In this document: positions 10,438-19,249 of the stretch, in pieces | Numbering within the stretch: the first letter of the stretch is position 1 | Layout of the letters: each line of letters starts with the position of its first letter | IMG/VR virus record: IMGVR_UViG_3300033146_004404 | Span: 64,001-128,000 of that record | Length of the DNA: 64,000 nucleotides | Source: a virus | Taxonomy: Duplodnaviria > Heunggongvirae > Uroviricota > Caudoviricetes | Reading direction: 5' to 3' (one strand) | Position numbers and translations under genes: made by a program | The notes under the pieces: generated by a model | What the model saw: the letters and a program-made list of their open reading frames with translations, nothing else | Databases searched by the model: none | Told to the model about the DNA's origin: nothing

Positions 10438-13415
10438 AAACTTCCTATTAACATATCATAATCTTCTTTAGAACATCCATACATTTCCATGTATTCATCG
10501 TCGTCATACTCTTTGTTGCTTTCAACAACATCAAAATTATCCTTGATCTTATCTAAGTTAGTTTGGTTACTATTGTTATCTTTACCGTCAGAGCTGATAA
10601 CTTCTCCATCAGGAGTTATCAAGAAGGACTCGCTAGACATGACTGCTTTAGCTCTACTAAATAACGCCAGCGCCATTGCTATAATACTATCATCGTGCGA
10701 ATTATGAACAATATATCCATTTGCTATATATGAATGATCCTCTTCTACTGATATATCATAATAATAATCTTCCCAATTAATTCTCTCTACTTTACTGAAT
10801 GAACTTTGTAATAAATTATTATTAAAATTTCTTAATTTACTAGTTTTATTTTGATTCTTATTTGTGATAAAGTTTTTAGTTTCATAGTATTTATTTTTTT
10901 TCATAAAGAGTTTTTCTGTTTTTTCGTTACTATTAAAAATTTTGACACATTCTTTCCCTAATATAGAGATACTCCATTGAGGGTTCGTATCTTCTCCATA
11001 TCTTTTAGGGTATTGTTTATTTAAATTAAAAGAAATATTATTCCTAAATAAAATTGAAGAAATGAAATACGACAGTTTATAAGATATAGAATTAGCTACT
11101 ATTTTTCCTGCTCTAAGTGGAGTATAACAACCATCTCCAAACAAATATCCATTAAGGATATTTGTTTGGAGATTAGGATCAATATATCTAAATTCTTCTG
11201 TTATATCTTTTTCTTTCGAGATTCCTATTCCTTTTAACCTTTCCCATATTGTTTTATCTTTAATGGTAAATCTTCTATATGATTCATTAGGATATTCAGA
11301 AATATATAGATACTCTACCTTTTCTTTAAAATAGTTATAATATGCATTGAAAACTTCTTTACTTTCTTCATTTTCGCTAGTTATAGTAATATTGTTTTTT
11401 TTAGATATAGTTCCATCTGATAGCATGTGCCCTATAAAAAAAAGAAAAATGTCATCCTTTATCCAACTATACTCTTTCACTTTCCTACTAAAACTTGAAT
11501 TGATTTTTAAGCTTTTGTAGTCATAGATATCATCAAAATTAATAAACTCTCCATTGTTTAGATAAAACTCTTGATTGGTTGTTATATTTAACTTCTCACA
11601 ACCCCATGCCTTAACTTCAAGCATCTTCTTTTTTTTATCTTTAAATTTAAATGTTTCATAGACCCTTTTAAAGTTTCCAGTATGAGTTAAAACATAATCT
11701 CCTGTTTTAACATCTTGTATTTTTTTAAATCCATCAACACAAGTTATTATAGTATCAAAAGACACACACCCAGGACTATGATCTGGCTTGTTTCCGCCTG
11801 CCCATATCCAAGTACACAACTCTAACCACAACCTTTTACTATATATGTTAATAGAATCGAATAATTCAGGAACTGTTATCCATTCTATAAAATCATTTGT
11901 TAATAACTTCCTTGTCTTCTGGTCTGTTATCCAACCAGTCATTCTTGTTACACCGTTCTTTGTCTTCTTCTGCTTATAAACATTATTATATGGATCATTC
12001 TCCGCATAATATACAGCATTAAATACTGCTTCACCAATACTATTACATTCTATTACAAGATATCCTTCGTTGTAGTATGTAGCAATTGCTTTTAAAAACC
12101 TTGCAAAGTTTGGAGTAGACATAAATCCTTTATATTCAGCGACTTGTTCTGATGAAGTTACATCAAATACTTCTGCTGATGAATAGTCACTTCCAGTTCC
12201 GGTTGAAATATCAGCACCAATTATATATCTATGGCCTGGAATTGGTTTCTTCCAAGTCCACCATCCTTCGTACTCTGATGTTCCAAAAGTATCTTTGAAA
12301 GCAGGGTCTTTTAAGCCTGCTTCAACAACGTCTAAGACACCTTCCGAGAATACTTTATCTCCGGAAACAATAAAGTCATGAAGTATTTCCTGTTTGTATG
12401 AAGCGGCACCAAGATCATCATATGCATCTTTTAGCCATTCATTGTCCATAAATAAATCTCTTTCAATAGGCTTGAAAAACTCTTTATATTTATCTTTAAC
12501 GTCTTTTTTATAGTAATAGCCTTCAGCGATTGCCTTCTTTAATATCTCATTATAATTTTTCTTAGATCCTGGGATTCTGATGTCATCGGGAACTTCCCAC
12601 CAGTCTATCTCAAGATATTTTGTATTCTTAGCTGATCCTGATTTTGCTGCAACTACTTGCTCGTAATAATAACCACCTTTACCAGCTACTCCATTCGGAG
12701 TCGATATTAATACAAGCTGTCCACCAGTCTTGTTCAATGTAGGCTGAGCTGAAGCTATAATATTTCTTGCCATTCTTTCTGATTGATAGAACGCAACTTC
12801 ATCCAAAATCAACACTGACAAGGAGTCACCACGACCAGCATTATCTGACTGTGATTCTGATAATATTGTTGATGTTGACGTACCGTGATCGAATGTAATT
12901 TCTTGCTGATTTTGATATTTTATAGGTGTTCTCATCCATACTGGGAGGCTGTTCATTGTTGAATTGATTTTCTTTACAAACTGCTGTGCTTTCTTCTGCT
13001 TGACTGAAACAACGTCAATCATCTCAGCAGGGAAGAAATGAGCTCTCCATAAACTATATAGAGCGAAGATTGTAGAAAGGCCAGACTGTCTAGTTTTATC
13101 TAACACAACCTTTCTATAATCCATTATTTCCTTTGCTAACTCCCTCTGGAAATAATAAGGGTCCATTTGTATTGTACCAAGTCCTGGTATATCAACTCTT
13201 CCATACTCACATAAGAAATATGAGAACGATTTCTTAATTAGGAATATTTCTATACCAACATCTACAAGTTCGGTTTTGTCAGTGCTGTATATTGCATATG
13301 CTAAATGTCCAATGCTTTTATCTACTGCTTCTTTTATGTTTGTTCTTATTGAATATCTTTTTATTTTATTTTTAATTGAATCTATAAATACTTTTTCTTC
13401 TCTTGAAAGTCCCAC
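10434..13415 (-). CDS. gp17: terminase large subunit (T4 gp17-like) with intein
   Basis: Walker A-like DKTRQSGLST, Walker B ILDEVAF, ISTPNG, nuclease GADISTG...DYS and HDDSIIAMALA split by an intein. Confidence 0.93.
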   Translation of the reverse strand: MGLSREEKVFIDSIKNKIKRYSIRTNIKEAVDKSIGHLAYAIYSTDKTELVDVGIEIFLIKKSFSYFLCEYGRVDIPGLGTIQMDPYYFQRELAKEIMDYRKVVLDKTRQSGLSTIFALYSLWRAHFFPAEMIDVVSVKQKKAQQFVKKINSTMNSLPVWMRTPIKYQNQQEITFDHGTSTSTILSESQSDNAGRGDSLSVLILDEVAFYQSERMARNIIASAQPTLNKTGGQLVLISTPNGVAGKGGYYYEQVVAAKSGSAKNTKYLEIDWWEVPDDIRIPGSKKNYNEILKKAIAEGYYYKKDVKDKYKEFFKPIERDLFMDNEWLKDAYDDLGAASYKQEILHDFIVSGDKVFSEGVLDVVEAGLKDPAFKDTFGTSEYEGWWTWKKPIPGHRYIIGADISTGTGSDYSSAEVFDVTSSEQVAEYKGFMSTPNFARFLKAIATYYNEGYLVIECNSIGEAVFNAVYYAENDPYNNVYKQKKTKNGVTRMTGWITDQKTRKLLTNDFIEWITVPELFDSINIYSKRLWLELCTWIWAGGNKPDHSPGCVSFDTIITCVDGFKKIQDVKTGDYVLTHTGNFKRVYETFKFKDKKKKMLEVKAWGCEKLNITTNQEFYLNNGEFINFDDIYDYKSLKINSSFSRKVKEYSWIKDDIFLFFIGHMLSDGTISKKNNITITSENEESKEVFNAYYNYFKEKVEYLYISEYPNESYRRFTIKDKTIWERLKGIGISKEKDITEEFRYIDPNLQTNILNGYLFGDGCYTPLRAGKIVANSISYKLSYFISSILFRNNISFNLNKQYPKRYGEDTNPQWSISILGKECVKIFNSNEKTEKLFMKKNKYYETKNFITNKNQNKTSKLRNFNNNLLQSSFSKVERINWEDYYYDISVEEDHSYIANGYIVHNSHDDSIIAMALALFSRAKAVMSSESFLITPDGEVISSDGKDNNSNQTNLDKIKDNFDVVESNKEYDDDEYMEMYGCSKEDYDMLIGSL
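10701..11768 (-). mobile_element. intein with LAGLIDADG endonuclease (356 aa) in terminase nuclease domain
   Basis: Starts CVSFDT, ends YYDISVEEDHSYIANGYIVHN, +1 residue Ser; motifs FIGHMLSDG and LNGYLFGDG. Confidence 0.92.
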
Positions 13416-13418
13416 TTT

Positions 13419-13745
13419 TTACCTCAGTCGTTTATTTAATTCTCTAACTGTTTTGTTATAAATTTCCTCTGCTTCTTCTTTTGTTTTTCTTTTAGCTTTT
13501 AAAGAAAACATAGTCATAGCCAGCTTACTTTTAAGACTTGCTATAGTATGTGGGTTGGATCCAGACTTTCCTTCCTTTCTTCCATAGCAATTACGAACAA
13601 GTTTATTTGCATAAACCTGAACGTCTGTCATTCCAGTATCCGCTAAAGCCTTATGCATACTGTTAAAGTCTCCTGCTGATGAAACATCTTTTTCATTAAC
13701 TCTTTCAATTAGTAATTCTATATAAGCGTCTACTTTATCATTCAT
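13419..13745 (-). CDS. hypothetical protein
   Basis: 108-aa ORF with AAGGA RBS upstream of terminase. Confidence 0.65.
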   Translation of the reverse strand: MNDKVDAYIELLIERVNEKDVSSAGDFNSMHKALADTGMTDVQVYANKLVRNCYGRKEGKSGSNPHTIASLKSKLAMTMFSLKAKRKTKEEAEEIYNKTVRELNKRLR

Positions 13746-13771
13746 TTTTTATTCCTTTATTTTAACTTTAC

Positions 13772-13800
13772 TTGACAAAAAAAGAATAATGTGGTATAAT
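13772..13800 (+). promoter_or_regulatory. sigma70-type promoter (copy 1 of 4)
   Basis: TTGACA-AAAAAAGAATAATGTGG(17 nt)-TATAAT with extended -10 TG. Confidence 0.9.
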
Positions 13801-13816
13801 TACTTAAGGAGAAAAA

Positions 13817-14164
13817 ATGAAAGTAGCGATAGTAGGAAGCAGGAACTTCAACGATTACGATAAGATGTGTGAAGTTTTATTTGAAGAAATCGGACCAAGT
13901 CAAGATGAAATAATTTCAGGTGGCGCAAATGGTGCCGACAAACTAGCAGAACAATTTGCTAAAGAACATGATTTTAAATTCACGGAATTTCCAGCTAACT
14001 GGAAAGGATATGGTAAAAATGCAGGAAGGATTAGAAATGCTGAGATGGTTGCTCAAGCGGATAGGGTTATCTCTTTTTGGGATGGAGTCTCTACTGGATC
14101 AAAACATATGATTGAATCCAGTAGAGAGCACGGACTTCAAGTTCTAGTTATAGACTATCCTTAA
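13817..14164 (+). CDS. SLOG-superfamily protein (DUF2493/YspA-like)
   Basis: IVGSRNFNDY, ISGGANGADKLAEQFA, AGRIRNAEMV, FWDGVSTGSKHMI. Confidence 0.8.
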   Translation: MKVAIVGSRNFNDYDKMCEVLFEEIGPSQDEIISGGANGADKLAEQFAKEHDFKFTEFPANWKGYGKNAGRIRNAEMVAQADRVISFWDGVSTGSKHMIESSREHGLQVLVIDYP

Positions 14165-14612
14165 TGTTGTTAAGAGATATGCCAGCTTGTTTTTCGCTGA
14201 TCCCTTGAATTAATATGTTTGTGCCATTGCCATTGCCTTTATCTTTTAAAACTTTGGCAAGGTCAATCATATTCTTATTAGCTCCGTTCTGTATGTCTAA
14301 AGCTTTCAGCATTGCTTCTTTAGAAGAAGTTGATCTGTCTTTTCCATGGAATACGTCATCGCTAAAGTTCTCAAAAACTTTTCTGGCATTATCTACGATA
14401 CCTAAAGACGTTTTAACAATTTCATTAGAAAGGGCGTTCTCGTCGTCTAAGTCTATCAAGGCTTCTTGAGGTTTTACTACAACAGAATTTGCTTCTTCCA
14501 TAGCTTCTGCTTCTAGCTCTACGGCTATTGATTGAATATCACCAGCCTCAATTTTCTTCGTATCTTCTTCCAGCCCTGAAAGAATATCATCTATATCCAT
14601 ATCTTCAATCAT
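14148..14612 (-). CDS. hypothetical protein, possibly terminase small subunit
   Basis: 154-aa helical protein near terL; assignment by size and architecture only. Confidence 0.4.
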   Translation of the reverse strand: MIEDMDIDDILSGLEEDTKKIEAGDIQSIAVELEAEAMEEANSVVVKPQEALIDLDDENALSNEIVKTSLGIVDNARKVFENFSDDVFHGKDRSTSSKEAMLKALDIQNGANKNMIDLAKVLKDKGNGNGTNILIQGISEKQAGISLNNIKDSL

Positions 14613-14642
14613 TTTTTTTCTCTCTTTTATCAGCCATAGATC

Positions 14643-14834
14643 CTATCCCTTCAGCTCATCAACTTTTCCACGCCATCCACATTCATAACATACAGTTACA
14701 TTTACTGTATCTCTATATTCTTTTCCTGGGACTGGAGTTGGTGGTGTCATAGACGTTTCTACTGCTTTTCTATTGCAGACAGGACATTTAATATGCCTGT
14801 CATAATATCTTTTCATTTCATCTGTTAATGTCAT
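14643..14834 (-). CDS. small zinc-ribbon protein
   Basis: CPVC...CYEC in 63 aa. Confidence 0.65.
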   Translation of the reverse strand: MTLTDEMKRYYDRHIKCPVCNRKAVETSMTPPTPVPGKEYRDTVNVTVCYECGWRGKVDELKG

Positions 14835-14855
14835 TATTAGCTCCTACAAGTATTT

Positions 14856-15527
14856 TTACTCTATTAACTCTTCAGCTTCATTAAACAGTTCAGCACCATT
14901 ATCTCGTATTGCTTTCATAAATTCTCTTATGTCAATACTTCTCATTCCGTATGATCTTGCCCAAGAATAAAAATCAGTCTTGCTAACAAACTTCTTTGTC
15001 TTACCAAGATAATCAACCAGAATCAGGGATATAGATATAAATCTAGTTCGTTTCTTTCCTACATAATGTCGATTAATTATGTCAATCAATGTATCTTTAA
15101 TCTCTTCAAGGTACAGATCAAAGTTCAAGTTTTTATTATCAGATAGATCAATCTGGTCAGCAATATCATTATGATTTCTATGCCTCTTTCTTCTATCTGT
15201 ATAATTTAAAAGACTTCTCTTGGATATAATAGAAAAGAAATTAAAAGCAGTTCCTTTCTCTTTCGTCCATTTCATAAAGTTAGTATAACACGACATACTA
15301 CCGTGTTGCAGGCAGTCATCGTAGTTTTCAAATATATAATACTTGTAGACCTGAATGATAGCTTTTACTATCTTAATAACTTCAATCATTATCAGTTCTT
15401 CTACGACAACATCTTTCCACACTACAACTTCAAGACCGTCTTCATTCAACTCTTTGACTGCAGATTGTTGATATTGTACTAATAGTTTAGTTACTTTTTC
15501 TTCGTCAAAATAATTATTTCCAGCCAT
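14856..15527 (-). CDS. phage late sigma factor, T4 gp55-like
   Basis: Region-2-like segment YDDCLQHGSMSCYTNFMKWTKEKGTAFNFFSIISKRSLLNY resembles the gp55 family pattern. Confidence 0.6.
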   Translation of the reverse strand: MAGNNYFDEEKVTKLLVQYQQSAVKELNEDGLEVVVWKDVVVEELIMIEVIKIVKAIIQVYKYYIFENYDDCLQHGSMSCYTNFMKWTKEKGTAFNFFSIISKRSLLNYTDRRKRHRNHNDIADQIDLSDNKNLNFDLYLEEIKDTLIDIINRHYVGKKRTRFISISLILVDYLGKTKKFVSKTDFYSWARSYGMRSIDIREFMKAIRDNGAELFNEAEELIE

Positions 15528-15528
15528 G

Positions 15529-16233
15529 TTATACCGTTTCTAGCGAATTTCTAAAAAATAAAATCTGCTTATTTATAATAGCCTGATCAAATTTTCCAGA
15601 TAGGATTTTACCGTCTTTCTTTATCATTATAGAAAATACATCTGTTCCAGCGTTCTTATTAATCTTAAAACCAATGCTAGACAGCTTACTGTTTCCATAA
15701 TCTAAATCAATTATTACTTTATCGCCTTTGTTTACGATATCACCAAGATTTCCGGTTCCACCTGCTCCTGCCAATAAAAGAATAATTTCTTGTATCTCAG
15801 GAGAAAGAATGTTTTCACCGGCAACAGATCCTTTCTTCTCAAGAACCTTTTCTACGATAGTTGTGCTTGTATGTTTTTTATCTGTTAGGTAGTCAATTAA
15901 GTCTTGGATGGTTTGAATGTTCATGGCATCTTTTCTAGGAACTACAAGTTCTCCTTCAAGTTTTCTCTTGAGAATAGCTTCAGTTAATAAAGTGCCTTTA
16001 AAATTTTCACTTTCTTGTGTTGGAATTGGCTCTTCAGCAGGAGCTGCGGCGACAGGAGCAACTGGCTCTTCAACTGGCGCAGCTACAATTTCTGGCTCTG
16101 CAGTAACTTCTCCCTCTTCTGGAGTTCCATCTTTAAATTCTTGGATGTATACATCTATATTATAATATAAATGTAGTGAAGCTTCTTTCTGCTCCAATAT
16201 AAGTTCGTTTACTAGTTCATTCAATGTTGACAT
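15529..16233 (-). CDS. hypothetical protein with capsid-targeting-like leader
   Basis: MSTLNELVNELILE N-terminus; Pro/Ala/Glu linker. Confidence 0.6.
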   Translation of the reverse strand: MSTLNELVNELILEQKEASLHLYYNIDVYIQEFKDGTPEEGEVTAEPEIVAAPVEEPVAPVAAAPAEEPIPTQESENFKGTLLTEAILKRKLEGELVVPRKDAMNIQTIQDLIDYLTDKKHTSTTIVEKVLEKKGSVAGENILSPEIQEIILLLAGAGGTGNLGDIVNKGDKVIIDLDYGNSKLSSIGFKINKNAGTDVFSIMIKKDGKILSGKFDQAIINKQILFFRNSLETV

Positions 16234-16235
16234 TG

Positions 16236-16448
16236 TTAGTCTCCTAATCGATTCTCTACGACATCTGTAAGACCGTTCACGAAACTAATAAGCTGCTCTT
16301 GATCGTGGAAAATAAAGCCAGTCTTTTCAGGATTAGCAACGTCACAAATCTCTATTTGTTCATCGTCTTCAGAAAAAAATATTTCAATCGTTTTATTTCC
16401 CACTTTTATTTTATAACAATTTTTATTGTTTTTACTTTGTTTATACAT
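16236..16448 (-). CDS. hypothetical protein
   Basis: 70-aa ORF with AAGGAG RBS. Confidence 0.6.
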   Translation of the reverse strand: MYKQSKNNKNCYKIKVGNKTIEIFFSEDDEQIEICDVANPEKTGFIFHDQEQLISFVNGLTDVVENRLGD

Positions 16449-16491
16449 ATGCTTTCGCTCCTTACTATAATATATGAAGCGAAACAGCTGT

Positions 16492-16791
16492 TTAGTCTAT
16501 AAGGTCGCTAAAATTCGTCCAGCCCTGATTTGCGCATAAAAAACCAAGGTATCCTAATAGATCTGATACATCATTTTTTCTAATTATGTCACTGTTCTTA
16601 ATTCTCTTCAGTTTATCATCAAGTCTTACAAGTATTCCATTTAGGCTTTCATTATTACCTTCTTTTACGAAAGAAGCGAATACTCCTATTGGTTGCGTGA
16701 CAGAGTCTCCATACCTTTTATTTTTTTCATCAATCAAATCTGCCATGCCTTCAAATACCTTTCTTACTTTTACTGAACCACTTTCTTCCAT
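16492..16791 (-). CDS. DUF1599 / nucleotide-modification-associated domain 1-like protein
   Basis: KNKRYGDS...ILVRLDDKLKRI...DVSDLLGY pattern. Confidence 0.7.
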   Translation of the reverse strand: MEESGSVKVRKVFEGMADLIDEKNKRYGDSVTQPIGVFASFVKEGNNESLNGILVRLDDKLKRIKNSDIIRKNDVSDLLGYLGFLCANQGWTNFSDLID

Positions 16792-18269
16792 TAAACATCC
16801 CTTTCTATTAATTTCAATATTTTCTTTGTTATTTTAGTAAAACCGTTAATTACATAATAATTACCATTTTTCTTATGAACGTCTGATTTATTCATATTTA
16901 TTAAACATACTTTACTACTAGGAAAGCATTTTTTTATATGCTCTACATCTTTTTCAGTTAGAGCTATTCCTTTTCTGTTTGTCCAGACGTAAATCATTTT
17001 TGGATTATTAATATTTTCTTTTATTTTGTTGATGTTTATTTTAGCTCTATCTTCTTGAGCGCCTTCTGCGTTTATTACATTTCTTGGGATTGTTCTTCTA
17101 ATTTCATGTCCACTGAAATTAAAAACTTTTCCGGATTTGATAGATGCCATATGAGCTATCTCAGCAGCTGTTAAGTCAAGAATATAATTACTCTTTTCAA
17201 ACATTCTATGTGACATATCAATAATAGAAATAGATTTACCATCAGAGGCTAAGTTATCAATTATTTTCGAATCTATAACTTTCTCAATCTCTTGAATTAA
17301 CTCTATATCCTGAGTAGTTCTAAGGTAAAGAGAGTTTTTAATAGCGAGCATTTCGACAACGTCAATATTATAATTGACATTGTCTTCCCTTGCTTTAATG
17401 AAAGCGTATAAGTTTGCTGTTACTACTTCTTCATTTGATCTATGAGTAGCTAAATACCTAAACAAGTCCTCTTTATTTTTATTTTCAAGAGCTGAACTAA
17501 AGACAAAGTCACTTAAGCAATTTCCAGGAATCATTCTTGAAGTCAATCTTTTTACAGATGGGTAGTTATCTATAGTGTCGTACTTTTCTACAGAGTTATC
17601 TGGATTATATCTTTTCATTTCTTCATAGAAAGAAACTAAAGGAAGTTTGTTTGCATAATCAATCCTCTCATTATCACTAACTGTCCCATTGATAATCCAT
17701 TTGAATAATAGGTTTTCATTCTTATTTCTTGGCTTAGGCTTAATTAATCTAAGAACGTCTTTCATCGACCAGTTGAATTTGGATTTTTCTTCTACAAACA
17801 TCGTCTCAAGAGTTTTAACGTCTTTATTAATGATCCATTTCTTTATGGCGTTATGGATAACACTACCAAACCCTCTATGTTTCTTACATAAATGTAGGAA
17901 TCGATACAAGTCATTTGGAGATTTTATTATTTTATTAAAACTTTCTTTAAAACATTTCTTCGAGTGAAAGGTTCCTGACGATAACATTATCAATGCAATA
18001 ATTAATGCATCTTTTTTTGTAGCAACTAAAGAACATTCAAGCATTAACTTATTAAGCTTTTCTGGCTCTTGACTTGCAGCCTTCTTTAATAGATACATAT
18101 CATTATCTTCAACCACATTAACATCTGAAGAGATACTATTAGAAAAAGAACCAGTTAAGATCCATTTTCTAATAGTTTTTAATTCTTCGTAAGTTACGCC
18201 AATTCTTTCTCTGCTCTTGTTAGTTCTCTTATGGACAACAACAATCTTCTTTACTTTTTGATCAGACAT
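16791..18269 (-). CDS. Ro60/TROVE-domain protein (divergent vWA)
   Basis: IRKWILTGS, RGFGSVIHNAIKKWI, NWSMKDVLRLIKPKP match TROVE patterns; vWA start IIDMSHRM degenerate. Confidence 0.75.
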   Translation of the reverse strand: MSDQKVKKIVVVHKRTNKSRERIGVTYEELKTIRKWILTGSFSNSISSDVNVVEDNDMYLLKKAASQEPEKLNKLMLECSLVATKKDALIIALIMLSSGTFHSKKCFKESFNKIIKSPNDLYRFLHLCKKHRGFGSVIHNAIKKWIINKDVKTLETMFVEEKSKFNWSMKDVLRLIKPKPRNKNENLLFKWIINGTVSDNERIDYANKLPLVSFYEEMKRYNPDNSVEKYDTIDNYPSVKRLTSRMIPGNCLSDFVFSSALENKNKEDLFRYLATHRSNEEVVTANLYAFIKAREDNVNYNIDVVEMLAIKNSLYLRTTQDIELIQEIEKVIDSKIIDNLASDGKSISIIDMSHRMFEKSNYILDLTAAEIAHMASIKSGKVFNFSGHEIRRTIPRNVINAEGAQEDRAKININKIKENINNPKMIYVWTNRKGIALTEKDVEHIKKCFPSSKVCLINMNKSDVHKKNGNYYVINGFTKITKKILKLIERDV

Positions 18270-18287
18270 TCAAGCTCCTATGTCTTA

Positions 18288-18316
18288 ATTATAGCACATT
18301 ATTCTTTTTCTGTCAA
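18288..18316 (-). promoter_or_regulatory. sigma70-type promoter (copy 2 of 4) driving Ro60 operon
   Basis: Minus strand TTGACA-GAAAAAGAATAATGTGC-TATAAT. Confidence 0.9.
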
Positions 18317-19245
18317 GTTCTCTTTCTGCTAATTCTTTCTTTTCGCTTTTTAAGAATTTTGTCTATTCGTTTTTTTTCGCTACTATCATTCTTTTTCTTC
18401 ATGCCTTTATCTATGTTTTTCTGGCCTTCAGCTGTTCCAATTGAAGGCATTACTTTTTCTTCTACGTATTTTTCAAGGCTACTATAACCAGCTTTCTTTA
18501 ATTCCTTAATGACTTGTACTGCTTCAGGTCTTGTTCCAGAACTTCCTTTTACAGAATTTGATAGTTCATATTCTATGTTTCTAATTCTATCGCTGTATCT
18601 AAGAGCATGGTTTAAATCTTCTACTTGTTTTTTTGTTATCGTTTTATTCATAAAAGACAAGAGAAGACTGAGTTCTTGTTTGTACATTGGGTCACTAATT
18701 TCCATAGCCTTACTTTTATTCTTATTTAAATAATCTTTTTTGTCTGTAAAAAAGAATGCAGGTATATTTTTCTGCGCTGCTGCATTCTTTATCCTTTCAA
18801 TTTTGCCATAATATTTGCTAAAATCGTCACCTTTTATTAAAACGTATATTGTTTTAATATATTTTGAGGCATTATTTATACTTGATTTATTCGAGAAAAT
18901 TCTATCTTCTGCCTCTACTCCCCGATTCTTAGATCTCCCTGAAGGAAACTTACTATTCTTGTCTCCCCAGTAATCTATTGCTTGACCTTTATAGTTATTA
19001 CTTAGTTTTGTACCATCTAACTCAAAACAGGCATCTCCATAATAAGAGCCTCTCATGTTTCTAGCTGTTGATAAAAAATATGATTCTTTTTTATCATGGT
19101 TAAGTTTATTTGCCATACTAGAAAGACTTAAAGTAAACTTATTAGATTTTAATATGTCGTAAGCTGTACTAAGATTCGTTTTATGATATAAAACGCTAGA
19201 GATCCCTTCATTAAGCTCTTTAGCTAAAAAGTTTTTAAGTTTCAT
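18313..19245 (-). CDS. putative head-packaged protein, possible ADP-ribosyltransferase-like fold
   Basis: Likely start 19245 MKLKNFLAKELNE; LYHKT, FLSTAR, EAEDR motifs; ORF track extends to 19437. Confidence 0.45.
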   Translation of the reverse strand: MKLKNFLAKELNEGISSVLYHKTNLSTAYDILKSNKFTLSLSSMANKLNHDKKESYFLSTARNMRGSYYGDACFELDGTKLSNNYKGQAIDYWGDKNSKFPSGRSKNRGVEAEDRIFSNKSSINNASKYIKTIYVLIKGDDFSKYYGKIERIKNAAAQKNIPAFFFTDKKDYLNKNKSKAMEISDPMYKQELSLLLSFMNKTITKKQVEDLNHALRYSDRIRNIEYELSNSVKGSSGTRPEAVQVIKELKKAGYSSLEKYVEEKVMPSIGTAEGQKNIDKGMKKKNDSSEKKRIDKILKKRKERISRKRT

Positions 19246-19249
19246 TATA

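Noticed and set aside
16449-18312. Y RNA or tRNA next to the Ro60 gene
   Set aside because: Flanking intergenic gaps are about 45 nt or less and show no cloverleaf/T-loop motif; no tRNA or rRNA seen anywhere in the window by eye
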